A stretch of 64,000 nucleotides of DNA from Smithellaceae bacterium (GTDB lineage: Bacteria > Desulfobacterota > Syntrophia > Syntrophales > Smithellaceae): contig OY820932.1 of NCBI GenBank assembly GCA_963682015.1, forward strand, positions 2,010,618-2,074,617. The letters run 5' to 3'. The translations under genes and the position numbers were made by a program. The stretch's first letter is position 1, and each line of letters opens with the position of its first letter. Positions 1 through 8,350 of the stretch are shown piece after piece. The notes under the pieces were generated by a model. It saw only the letters and a list, made by a program, of their open reading frames with translations. It had not been told where the DNA came from and did no database searches.

Positions 1-1212
1 GGCGATGTTGTCACGCAGAGATTTTGCATCATCCAGCTGCGTCCTCAGCTGATCAAAGTAAGCAATCGCGATATTCGTGCCCAGGTGAATCTTTCCCCCG
101 GTAATCGGAAGCTCGCCAAGCAGCACTTTCAGCAGCGTGGTCTTACCGGAGCCGTTGGGACCGATAATGCCGACACGGTCACCGCGCAGGACCCGGGTGG
201 AAAATGCCCCGATAATCTCTTTATCCCCATAAGCGAAACTGATTTTTTCGGCTTCCACCACCAGTTTGCCAGTGCGTTCAGCTTCCGACACCGAAATCTT
301 TACTTTCCCGTCGCGCTCGCGTCTTTCCGCCCGCTCTTCGCGCATCTTCAGCAGCGCCCGGACGCGTCCTTCGTTGCGCGTCCGCCTGGCCTTAATGCCC
401 TGCCGGATCCAGACCTCTTCTTTCGCCATTTTTTTATCAAAGACCTGCCACTGGCTTTCTTCGGCCTCCTGCATGGCTTGGCGCCTTTCCAGATAGGTCG
501 TATAGTTGCAGGAAAATGAAAGAAGCTTTCCCCGGTCGATTTCCACAATGCGTGTGGCGATCTTTTGGAGAAACGCCCGGTCGTGCGTGACGAACATCAG
601 CGTTTTATCAAAGTTCTGTAAAAAATCTTCCAGCCAGACGATCGAATCAATGTCCAGATGGTTGGTAGGTTCATCCAGAAGCAGGATATCCGGATCGGCC
701 GCCAGCGCCCGTGCCAGAAGCACCCGCCGTTTCAGGCCTGCCGAGAGCAGTCGAAACTCGGTGTGTTCATCAAGTGACGCCCGTGTGAGAATGATTTCCA
801 CACGTTGATGAAACTGCCAGGCGCCCACCGCTTCCAGCTCATGCTGAACCTGTTCGATTTTTTTTAAAAGCGGGTCTCCGCCGCCGGTCTGCAACTGATG
901 GGTCAGCTCATGGTAGGTGTGAAGCAAATCCAGAGGCTTCTGCCCGCCCGCGGCCACTACATCATAAACGGAACCCGTCAGATTCTGGATGTCCTGCGGC
1001 ATCAATGCCACGCGAACATCCACGCCGGTGGAGATCTCGCCGGCATCGGGTTCAATTTTCTTATTCAACAGCTTCATCAGCGTGGACTTGCCCGATCCGT
1101 TTCGTCCCAGAAGCCCGATGCGTTCCCCCGCCTCGATTTGCAGCGATGCGCCGTCCAGAAGCAACGGCCCGCCGAAGCTGACGGAAACGTTATTGAGTCG
1201 AAGTAATGCCAT
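1..1212 (-). CDS. ABC-F family ATPase (Uup/EttA-like), N-terminal 404 codons; C-terminus lies beyond the window start
   Basis: Absent from the ORF track because it runs off the edge. Hand translation of the reverse strand from ATG 1212-1210 gives MALLRLNNVSVSFGGPLLLDGASLQIEAGERIGLLGRNGSGKSTLMKLL, then LSAGLKRRVLLARAL and LLLDEPTNHLD, a K/E/R-rich linker, and a second Walker A GIIGPNGSGKTTLLKVL. This is the tandem ABC cassette layout of ABC-F proteins. Confidence 0.85.
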   Translation of the reverse strand, partial: MALLRLNNVSVSFGGPLLLDGASLQIEAGERIGLLGRNGSGKSTLMKLLNKKIEPDAGEISTGVDVRVALMPQDIQNLTGSVYDVVAAGGQKPLDLLHTYHELTHQLQTGGGDPLLKKIEQVQHELEAVGAWQFHQRVEIILTRASLDEHTEFRLLSAGLKRRVLLARALAADPDILLLDEPTNHLDIDSIVWLEDFLQNFDKTLMFVTHDRAFLQKIATRIVEIDRGKLLSFSCNYTTYLERRQAMQEAEESQWQVFDKKMAKEEVWIRQGIKARRTRNEGRVRALLKMREERAERRERDGKVKISVSEAERTGKLVVEAEKISFAYGDKEIIGAFSTRVLRGDRVGIIGPNGSGKTTLLKVLLGELPITGGKIHLGTNIAIAYFDQLRTQLDDAKSLRDNIA

Positions 1213-1674
1213 AATTTTTTCCGCTTTATTCTCTGAATCTTACCATCTTCAACAAAAGGTCCTCAAGGAAAGTGCTTTGCCCTTCCTATTAACACATTCC
1301 TGTCCAATAGTGCAAAAAAGAGCCTTTCGCCGTATGACTTTATGTGCATTACCATCGAAACGAAGACACCGGTAATTTATGCAGCCAAATCCCTTCACAG
1401 CGGCTTGATATTTCATCATGTCACGCCGGTGAAATCATGTGCGACAATAACGTCATTCATCGCTTACGGGGAATCTTATAACAAGGTGCCTGTTTCACCG
1501 GGACGTGTCTTTGCTCAATTTCCTCAACCGTGGTACTCAGTCCTTTCGGCAGGACAGATGAATAGCGTCACGGAATAACACCATCCCATCTATTCCTTTT
1601 AGTTATTTGACGAATGCCGGTTGATCATATATAGGCACGGCTGAAGGTTGAGGATCGCCCAACGGGAGGAAAAT

Positions 1675-2112
1675 ATGGCTGAAAAATTAGAAAATCAGGA
1701 ATGGGAGCCGAAAATCGCAGCTATCGTCTGTAACTGGTGCACTTACGCGGGGGCCGATCTGGCCGGAATCAGCAGAATTCAATATCCGCCGAACGTGCGA
1801 ATCCTGCGCGTTCCCTGCACAGGCAGAATCAATCCGTTTTACATCGTCAAGGCTCTTCAACAGGGGACCGACGGTGTTTTAGTGTCCGGTTGTCATCCGG
1901 GGGAGTGCCACTACATCTCGGGAAACCTGGTGGCGCGCCGTAAATTTTCGACTTTGAAGAGCTTCCTCAATTACATCGGCATAGAAGCCGACAGAAGCGT
2001 TTTCACCTGGGTATCCGCTTCCGAAGGCGATCGTTTCGCCCAGGTTGTCAAAGGCGTGACGGCGAAAATCCGGGCGCTGGGTCCGGCCAATAAACTGATC
2101 AAGACGCTATAG
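1675..2112 (+). CDS. mvhD: MvhD/FlpD-like hydrogenase iron-sulfur subunit (methyl-viologen-reducing hydrogenase delta subunit family)
   Basis: ORF 1648..2112. An in-frame ATG at 1675 follows GGGAGGA. The Cys pattern CNWCTYAGADLAG, RVPCTGR and SGCHPGECHY is typical of the MvhD family. Confidence 0.75.
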   Translation: MAEKLENQEWEPKIAAIVCNWCTYAGADLAGISRIQYPPNVRILRVPCTGRINPFYIVKALQQGTDGVLVSGCHPGECHYISGNLVARRKFSTLKSFLNYIGIEADRSVFTWVSASEGDRFAQVVKGVTAKIRALGPANKLIKTL

Positions 2113-2340
2113 AAGCCTGCGCTGCGACCACCGGATGACAAGGAGAGAATGTAAGCTGATATTAACGGAGAAAGCCGCAGAAGTCACAGCGGACCGCTGC
2201 TCTCCGAGGCAACGGGGATAAAGCTCTACCGCACGAATGTCGCTTGCGCTTAGTTGGCGCAAATGTAATTTACACGGGCAACCATCAATGCTTGTCTTTG
2301 GCATGCTTCATAATGCCATTGGCGAACGTCAACGGCAGCA

Positions 2341-2710
2341 GCGGAAAGTATTCATTCGCAGAGCAATGACATACACCTTATCGGAAAACCCGGGCTGACC
2401 GGTGAGACGCCACCCGACCATGGAGGTGTAATCTTCATCCGTTGTGATCTGCGTTAGCATCTTAATGACGCCCAACAGCCGAAGGCTTTCCGAACCGGAT
2501 CAAATGATCGAAAGATTCAAGCCCGATGTCGTGATCGACGTGGTGCTCCATCCCTGTCATTCCTGCAACATTGAGTCGCATAAAATTAAAGAACATGTTA
2601 CGGGAAAGCACAAAATGCCGTTTTTCAAAATCGAAACGGATTATTCGCAGAGCGACGTGGGACAGATCCGCACCCGAGCGGAAGCCCTTTTTGAAATGGT
2701 GCAGAAATAG
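2341..2710 (+). pseudogene. Decayed C-terminal relic of a 2-hydroxyacyl-CoA dehydratase / benzoyl-CoA reductase HGD-D family subunit
   Basis: ORF 2444..2710 ends with FKIETDYSQSDVGQIRTRAEALFEMV. This aligns with the C-terminus of the intact paralogue at 27681..28826 (LMIEDDYSTSTIGQLRTRIQAFLEMI). Upstream homology (..GGVIFIRCDLR*) sits in another frame and is interrupted by stops, and the N-terminal ~300 codons are missing. Confidence 0.65.
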
Positions 2711-2766
2711 GGGCATCCTTTGAATGCACTGTGTAGATGTTTTGCTGGGTAGAAAACAATTTTATT

Positions 2767-2789
2767 CCCTCTCCCTCGATGGGAGAGGG
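2767..2789. repeat. REP-like GC-rich hairpin (CCCTCTCCC-tcgat-GGGAGAGGG) in the spacer before yedF
   Basis: Perfect 9-bp inverted repeat. Its translation (SLSLDGRGLGEGD) forms the spurious N-terminal extension of ORF 2724..3515. Confidence 0.6.
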
Positions 2790-2906
2790 TTGGGTGAGGG
2801 TGATGGCGGCAAAGAGGCCCCTTCCCCTGACACCTCCCACGAGGGACGGGGAGGTTTAGGCTTCACGAGATACGCGATACGAACGACAGGATACGAGGTA
2901 TTTAAT

Positions 2907-3515
2907 GTGAGCGAGATTAAAATTGTCAACGCCACGGGACTGGCCTGCCCGCAACCGGTGGTTCTGGCCAAAGAAGCCATTGAAAAAAACGAAAAAGTCA
3001 AGGTAATCGTCGATAACGAAACGGCACTTGAAAATGTTACACGCATGGGCACAAAGCTCGGTTGCAATGTAGCAACGGAAGCAAAGGCCGGGGGACTTTT
3101 TGAAATCACACTGACACGCAAGACCGATACAACGATCCGGGATATTCCCGTGACGTGCGGTGCTTCCTCTTCCGCCACGGGTCCTTTCGTCATCGTCTGC
3201 ACTGAAGATAAAATGGGAAGAGGAAATGACGAACTCGGTTCTGTCCTGATTCGGGCTTTTCTCCATACGATCAGCCAGCAAAAGGAAAAACCGGATGTCA
3301 TGATTTTCTACAATACCGGCGTTAAGCTTGCTATCCAGGGTTCGGAAGTCCTCAATGACTTAAAAGAACTGGCCGTCGCCGGCGTGGAGATTCTGGTCTG
3401 CGGCACCTGCCTGAATTATTTTGAAGTCAAAGACAAGCTGGACGTCGGAGTGGTTTCCAATATGTACGATATTGCCGCGATATTAAGCAAAGCGGGTCGC
3501 CTGCTGTACCCATGA
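2907..3515 (+). CDS. yedF: Sulfurtransferase-like selenium metabolism protein YedF (TusA-like domain plus DsrE-like domain)
   Basis: In-frame GTG at 2907 gives MSEIKIVNATGLACPQPVV (the CPxP motif of the TusA/SirA fold). The C-terminal half (FVIVCTEDKMGRGNDELG...VCGTCLNYF) is DsrE-like. The upstream part of the tracked ORF is repeat sequence. Confidence 0.8.
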   Translation: MSEIKIVNATGLACPQPVVLAKEAIEKNEKVKVIVDNETALENVTRMGTKLGCNVATEAKAGGLFEITLTRKTDTTIRDIPVTCGASSSATGPFVIVCTEDKMGRGNDELGSVLIRAFLHTISQQKEKPDVMIFYNTGVKLAIQGSEVLNDLKELAVAGVEILVCGTCLNYFEVKDKLDVGVVSNMYDIAAILSKAGRLLYP

Positions 3516-3781
3516 GCGCTTCACCAACCGATTATTATGTCATGATTTTCAGGGCGGTATGCTACGCCCTGAAAGCGGAAAAGATCCCGCACAAGCTGAT
3601 TCCCGTGCCCAGGCAAATCAGCTCGGACTGTGGAATCTGTCTGCGTTTTGAAAAGCAATATCGCGGGCCTATTGAAGCAAACCTGTGCAATAAGGTGGAA
3701 TTTGAGAAGATCCACCTGATGAAGAATTCAATGAACGATTTTCCGCAAAAAAGCCATGCCTCTGAACAGCATTTCTCCTAA
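3512..3781 (+). CDS. DUF3343 family protein (putative Se/S carrier, frequent YedF partner)
   Basis: Overlaps the yedF stop by 4 nt. YYVMIF..AL.AEK...KLIPVPRQISSDCGICLRF matches the DUF3343 pattern. Confidence 0.7.
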   Translation: MSASPTDYYVMIFRAVCYALKAEKIPHKLIPVPRQISSDCGICLRFEKQYRGPIEANLCNKVEFEKIHLMKNSMNDFPQKSHASEQHFS

Positions 3782-3919
3782 TTTTAATATTTTATTTTTT
3801 TTTACTGAAGATCATGTTATTTTAATATCAGAAGTTGCAATGCTTTACTTCGTTTCAGCGAACACGGATGGCACCATCGGATAAGCACCCTTATTGATAA
3901 CGGAAAACGGAGAAAAATC

Positions 3920-4501
3920 ATGTTGCCGGATCTTCAGCCTAAAGATGAAATCCATTTACGCCTGAGCGCGGACGATGTCCGTACGTCGCATTTTATCAAG
4001 TTTTTAGATGAAAAACGGATGGTCGTTGAACAGCCCGAACCTGCAATCGACAGCAGTGCGCTCATGTCGTTAATCTTCTTGACCTACCGCCCGGACAGGA
4101 AAAAAAAACAACGGATGGGTTTTCAGGCAAGAATTGAAAATGTTACACCGGATCATCGGGTCTTTATCCGGCAGCTCACCCAGCCTTTTTTCTGTGATTT
4201 GCGCCTCTGGCCGAGAGTGCAGTTTGACGTGCTGCCCGAGATGCATGCATATTGCCGCAACCGTGAAATCAAAGTAGTTGACGTGTCCGGAGGCGGAACA
4301 CAGGTGGTGCTGAAGCAGGATGATCCGGCAACACCGGCGATTGGATCTCTCGTTCAAATAAAATTTATCTTTGATCAGGGAGAAACGACTGCTGACGGAC
4401 AAATCCTGCGGGTGTGGATTGATACGAACGGGTTGCGCCACGTGGAAATCAAGTTTCTCGGAGAACCCGAAATTCGCAATTTTATTTACAAGCAAAAATA
4501 A
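3920..4501 (+). CDS. PilZ domain protein (c-di-GMP receptor, YcgR-like architecture)
   Basis: RxxxR motif (RLWPR) and D/NxSxxG motif (DVSGGG) occur in the C-terminal half. GGAGAAAAATC precedes the ATG. Confidence 0.75.
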   Translation: MLPDLQPKDEIHLRLSADDVRTSHFIKFLDEKRMVVEQPEPAIDSSALMSLIFLTYRPDRKKKQRMGFQARIENVTPDHRVFIRQLTQPFFCDLRLWPRVQFDVLPEMHAYCRNREIKVVDVSGGGTQVVLKQDDPATPAIGSLVQIKFIFDQGETTADGQILRVWIDTNGLRHVEIKFLGEPEIRNFIYKQK

Positions 4502-4552
4502 TTGTATCCGGGATGCCGGTTGATGAAGGCAACTTCTTAAACATTCTTACGA

Positions 4553-5062
4553 TCAGTATTCATTATCCCTGATTCGCAGAAACTTTTCCTCAATAAAATC
4601 CGCAATGGACCTTGCATCATTGATATCAAAGCAGGGAACGTCGGTATCCGGTTTTACGTCCGCAGCCACGGCAATCAGACCGTCTTCCCTGCGACTGATC
4701 AGCTCGCGTTTCAGTTCGGCGCGGAAAACTTCAATCTTGGGATAATCGTTGACTTTGAATCCTTCGGTCAGAATAATATCCGCGTCTTGAATAAATTTTT
4801 CACGGATTTCCTCGAAAGAATGATCGTGATCCGTATCCTGAACAAGGGCCAGTTGATGCGGCGATGAAACAACCGTGATATGCGCGCCCGCTTTTTTATG
4901 CCGGTAACTGTCCTTGCCTTCGTGGTCGATGTTGAAACCGTGCTTATTGTGTTTGATGGTGGCAACACGGTACCCGCGGCCGACCAGATCGGAGATGATT
5001 TTTTCCAGCAAAGTTGTTTTACCGGAGTTGGATTTGCCAACAACAGAAACGATAGGAATCAT
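4553..5062 (-). CDS. mobB: Molybdopterin-guanine dinucleotide biosynthesis adapter protein MobB
   Basis: MIPIVSVVGKSNSGKTTLLEKII (P-loop), followed by IKH..HGF..D..GKDS. Confidence 0.85.
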   Translation of the reverse strand: MIPIVSVVGKSNSGKTTLLEKIISDLVGRGYRVATIKHNKHGFNIDHEGKDSYRHKKAGAHITVVSSPHQLALVQDTDHDHSFEEIREKFIQDADIILTEGFKVNDYPKIEVFRAELKRELISRREDGLIAVAADVKPDTDVPCFDINDARSIADFIEEKFLRIRDNEY

Positions 5063-5141
5063 AAAATATCCATAATTTCATTTATTTGGGGAATACATAC
5101 CATATTATGAACGGGCTGCCAATTTTTTAGATCAAGATTGC

Positions 5142-5171
5142 TTGACATCTCTTCCTGGCATATGATATAGA
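5142..5171 (+). promoter_or_regulatory. Putative sigma-70-type promoter for pgpA-cinA-thpR
   Basis: TTGACA at 5142-5147, followed 16-18 nt later by GATATA/TATAGA. About 145 nt upstream of pgpA. Confidence 0.4.
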
Positions 5172-5184
5172 ACGAACGTTCTAT
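5167..5184. promoter_or_regulatory. Cheo-box-like palindrome ATAGAACGAACGTTCTAT (GAAC-N4-GTTC), candidate LexA/SOS operator
   Basis: Perfect 8+8 inverted repeat with a 2-nt centre. It overlaps the -10/TSS region of the putative promoter, in the mobB / pgpA-cinA divergent spacer. Confidence 0.4.
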
Positions 5185-5313
5185 GATGAAAAGCGAATAC
5201 TCTCTGCTTCTGAATACTGAAAAGCCATGAAATCCGTTTGAAACAAAAAGTAAAAGAAGTTAGGTTTCTAGAGCCTAACATATTTAAAACAATATGATAT
5301 TAAAGGAAAAAAC

Positions 5314-5781
5314 TTGACAGCCACAGCAAAGAACAATTTCATTAAAATACTGGCGACTGGCTTTGGCGCGGGCCTGTCGCCCATAGCGCCGGGCACTGTC
5401 GGCACGATTGTCGGTGTTTTGATTTGCCTGTGTTCTTACCCTTTGCCGGGGCCGTTTCGCTTCTTCTTTGCGGTTGCAATATCAGGAGTCTCTGTCTATG
5501 TTGCCGGACGGGCAGAGACGCTCTACAGGAAAAAGGACGACCAGCGCATCGTCATCGATGAAATCGCCGGCTTCCAGGTGGCCATGCTACCGGTCGCCAT
5601 TACGGGCTTGCATCTTTGCATCGCTTTTGTTCTTTTTCGGATTTTTGACATCTGGAAGCCCTTCCCGGTTAATCGCCTCCAGAACCTCTCCGGCGGATGG
5701 GGCGTGGTGGCCGATGACCTCGGCGCGGGTTTTTACGCAGCGCTGATCTTGTTTATATTCACACTGACAGGAGTGTTATGA
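5314..5781 (+). CDS. pgpA: Phosphatidylglycerophosphatase A
   Basis: ILATGFGAGLSPIAPGTVGT...IVIDEIAG...FRIFDIWKPFP...GGWGVVADD. TTG start 7 nt after AAGGA. Confidence 0.85.
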   Translation: MTATAKNNFIKILATGFGAGLSPIAPGTVGTIVGVLICLCSYPLPGPFRFFFAVAISGVSVYVAGRAETLYRKKDDQRIVIDEIAGFQVAMLPVAITGLHLCIAFVLFRIFDIWKPFPVNRLQNLSGGWGVVADDLGAGFYAALILFIFTLTGVL

Positions 5782-7025
5782 AAGCGGGAATCCTTACCAT
5801 CGGAAACGAATTGATGAACGGCCGCGTCGCCGATACCAATTCATCGTTTATCGCTCGGGAAATGAATCTGCAGGGCTGGCCGATCGAAATCATGATGTCC
5901 GTCGGCGACGATTTTGCCACCATCAAAAGCCGCCTTCATTACCTGCTGACTTTTACTGACGTGGTGATCTGCACCGGCGGCCTGGGACCGACCGCCGACG
6001 ATATTACAACAGCCGCCGTTGCTCAGGCTTTCGGCCTGCCGCTCGTGCTCGATGAAAAAGTTCTGGCTTATCTGAAAGACATCTTTGCCCGCTATAACCT
6101 GCAATGGACCGAAAACAACGCCAAGCAGGCCCTGTTCCCGGAAGGGGCGGAAGTGATTCCCAATCCCGTCGGCTCGGCCGCGGGATTTGCGCTGCCGGTC
6201 AGAGACAAGCTCGTTGTAGTCGTTCCCGGCGTACCTGCCGAAACATACAGAATGGTTCCGGAAGGCGTCATTCCCCTCCTGCAAAGATTTTTCCCGCAGC
6301 CGGTTGAACACGCGGTCAAACAGACCATTAAAACATTCGGTCTTTCCGAGGCGGCCGTGGATCAAAAACTGGCCGATTTCAATTTTGAAACCCTTGGCGT
6401 CAACGTCGGCTTCTACCCGGTCTTCCCGGAAAATCATCTGGTGCTGATTGCCCGGTCAGACTCGCAGGAACAGGCGCAAAAAAATCTTAAAGAAGCGATC
6501 GCTGCTGTTGCTGAAAGACTCGGCGATTGTATTTTCTCTTACGACGAAAAGTCGTTGGAGGAAATCATCGCCGGGTCGCTCACCCAAAAGAAACTGACCA
6601 TCGCGGTTGCGGAATCCTGCACGGGTGGACTCATCGGCAACCGTCTCACTGATGTCTCCGGCAGTTCCGTTTATTTTGACCGCGGTCTGATCACGTACAG
6701 CAACGAGGCAAAAATTCAACTGCTGGGCGTGCCGGCCGATATCATCGAAAAGTACGGCGCGGTAAGCGAAGAGACCGCGCGCCTGATGGCGGAGGGCGTC
6801 CGCAAAGCAGCGGGAACGGATCTGGGCCTGGCTTCCACCGGCATTGCGGGGCCCACCGGCGGCACGAAAGAAAAACCGGTCGGAACGGTCTATATCGCGC
6901 TGGCCGACGCCGGCCGGACCATCTGCCGCCGTTATGCGTTTCGCTGGGACCGCAAAAGAAACAAGCTGGTCTCTTCCGAGACGGCGCTCATGATGCTGAA
7001 TACCTATCTGCTGGAGAAAAAGTAG
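5778..7025 (+). CDS. cinA: CinA family protein (MoCF-binding domain plus nicotinamide-nucleotide amidohydrolase PncC domain)
   Basis: MKAGILTIGNELMNGRVADTNS... at the N-terminus and AVAESCTGGLIG...STGIAGPTGG at the C-terminus. ATGA overlap with pgpA. Confidence 0.9.
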   Translation: MKAGILTIGNELMNGRVADTNSSFIAREMNLQGWPIEIMMSVGDDFATIKSRLHYLLTFTDVVICTGGLGPTADDITTAAVAQAFGLPLVLDEKVLAYLKDIFARYNLQWTENNAKQALFPEGAEVIPNPVGSAAGFALPVRDKLVVVVPGVPAETYRMVPEGVIPLLQRFFPQPVEHAVKQTIKTFGLSEAAVDQKLADFNFETLGVNVGFYPVFPENHLVLIARSDSQEQAQKNLKEAIAAVAERLGDCIFSYDEKSLEEIIAGSLTQKKLTIAVAESCTGGLIGNRLTDVSGSSVYFDRGLITYSNEAKIQLLGVPADIIEKYGAVSEETARLMAEGVRKAAGTDLGLASTGIAGPTGGTKEKPVGTVYIALADAGRTICRRYAFRWDRKRNKLVSSETALMMLNTYLLEKK

Positions 7026-7028
7026 GGT

Positions 7029-7610
7029 ATGGCCGCTGAAAAAAACATACGCGCCTTTCTGGCTGTTGAACCGCCGGAAGACGTTTTACAGACGGTGATC
7101 CGTATGCAGGAAAAACTCAAACGTGAGATCAGCGGGAGGCTTAGCTGGACCAGACCCGGCGGACAACACCTCACCCTGAAATTTTTCGGAGACATTTCCA
7201 CGGATGATGTCGAACAGATCAGCGAGATCGTGCGGAACCACCTTCAATCTGACTGGGCTTTGAATTTGAAAATTGAGAAACTGGGCGTCTTTCCGGATGC
7301 CAGAAAGCCGCGGGTGCTCTGGTGCGGAACATCGGGCGATGTGGAAAAACTCGTCAACCTTCAAAAAGAGCTGGACAGCGACTTTGACGCCATCGGCTTT
7401 CCCAAAGAAGACCGTCCTTTCCGGGCGCACCTGACGCTGGCCCGGATCAAGGATCCGCGCGAGGTGTCGGGAGTAAATGAAGCGCTGACCAAACACACGA
7501 CATTTTCCGCCGGAGAATTTGCCGTCCGGGAATTGATTTTATTTCAAAGCAAACTGACGCCGCAGGGAGCCATTTACACAAGACTGGCAACGTTTCCGTC
7601 GGCCGGCTGA
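7029..7610 (+). CDS. thpR: RNA 2',3'-cyclic phosphodiesterase (2H family, LigT/ThpR)
   Basis: Two HxT/S motifs (HLTLKF and HLTLAR) at the expected spacing. Confidence 0.85.
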   Translation: MAAEKNIRAFLAVEPPEDVLQTVIRMQEKLKREISGRLSWTRPGGQHLTLKFFGDISTDDVEQISEIVRNHLQSDWALNLKIEKLGVFPDARKPRVLWCGTSGDVEKLVNLQKELDSDFDAIGFPKEDRPFRAHLTLARIKDPREVSGVNEALTKHTTFSAGEFAVRELILFQSKLTPQGAIYTRLATFPSAG

Positions 7611-7613
7611 TTC

Positions 7614-7643
7614 TTTAGAGAACAGTCGCGACTGTTCTCTAAA
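7614..7643. repeat. 30-bp perfect palindrome TTTAGAGAACAGTCG|CGACTGTTCTCTAAA at the left junction of the low-GC insertion
   Basis: 15+15 nt perfect inverted repeat starting 4 nt after the thpR stop. It contains AGAAC/GTTCT half-sites with 10-nt spacing. Confidence 0.7.
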
Positions 7644-7666
7644 AATAAAAAAGCGGGCAATCCCGC
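7641..7666 (-). terminator. Rho-independent-terminator-like hairpin oriented on the minus strand (GCGGGATTGCCCGC followed by TTTTTTATTTTT)
   Basis: 5-bp GC stem with a 4-nt loop, followed on the minus strand by a T-run. No minus-strand gene lies to its right. Confidence 0.35.
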
Positions 7667-7738
7667 AAAAACTGTGTCGCAATGACAATAAACGATCATC
7701 AAGATAGTGGTCAAGTAAGAGAAGGCTTAAAAAATCCA

Positions 7739-8350
7739 ATGTCTCAGAAAAACGAAATCATGCTGAGCGGAGAATACGTTGCTCTTTTGAACAATATAAA
7801 AAAGAGAATTATCTCGGCCCGCGTTAAAGCCGCCCGCTCGGTCAACAAGGCGTTGATTCGACTCTACTGGGATATTGGCAAAGTCATTACCGAAAAACAG
7901 GCCGAGCAGGGATGGGGAGATAGTGTTGTAGAAAATCTTTCCGCCGATTTGCGAAAAGATTTTCATAATACATTCGGACTATCTGTGCAGAATCTCTGGT
8001 ACATGAGGAAGTTTTATATAGAATACAAAAACAAGCCAATTCTCCAACAGCTTGTTGGAGAATTATCCTGGAGCCACAATATTCTGATTCTTTCCAGCGT
8101 TAAAGATGAAAAAGAGAGGGAATATTACCTGAGGACCTCCGCTGAAATGGGCTGGTCAAGAAACGTGCTGCTCAACCAGATAAAAGCCGGCGCTTATCAA
8201 TTCAGCCTGAAGAAAAAACAGCATAATTTTGAAAGAGCATTGCCCGTACATCTTTCCGAGCAGGCGGACGAATCCCTGAAGAGCGTTTATAAGCTCGATT
8301 TTCTCGGTGTGACAAGGCCGGTTCTGGAAAGAGAGTTGGCGTATGGATAA
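7739..8350 (+). CDS. DUF1016/YhcG N-terminal domain protein, truncated exactly where the PD-(D/E)XK nuclease domain should begin
   Basis: YVALLNNIKKRIISARVKAARSVNKALIRLYWDIGKVI...WSHNILIL...EREYYL...GWSRNVL is the YhcG N-terminal pattern. The ORF stops at ..YKLDFLGV..LERELAYG*, just as the nuclease core would start. Confidence 0.6.
   Translation: MSQKNEIMLSGEYVALLNNIKKRIISARVKAARSVNKALIRLYWDIGKVITEKQAEQGWGDSVVENLSADLRKDFHNTFGLSVQNLWYMRKFYIEYKNKPILQQLVGELSWSHNILILSSVKDEKEREYYLRTSAEMGWSRNVLLNQIKAGAYQFSLKKKQHNFERALPVHLSEQADESLKSVYKLDFLGVTRPVLERELAYG

Noticed and set aside
1342-1578. 78-aa ORF in the divergent spacer between the ABC-F gene and mvhD.
   Set aside because: No RBS or motif and atypical composition. 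The region more likely holds the two divergent promoters.
2724-2906. N-terminal 61 codons of tracked ORF 2724..3515 (would make YedF 263 aa).
   Set aside because: This stretch translates a REP-like GC-rich hairpin (SLSLDGRGLGEGD..). The YedF homology begins at the in-frame GTG at 2907.
3869-3887. TGGCAC hexamer upstream of the PilZ gene, considered as a sigma-54 -24 element.
   Set aside because: No TTGC/-12 element at the required spacing (the sequence continues CATCGGATAAGCA).
7614-7643. The 30-bp palindrome, considered as the intrinsic terminator of thpR.
   Set aside because: On the plus strand the stem is followed by an A-run, not a U-run, so it is not a canonical terminator. It is kept as an unexplained structure in the findings.
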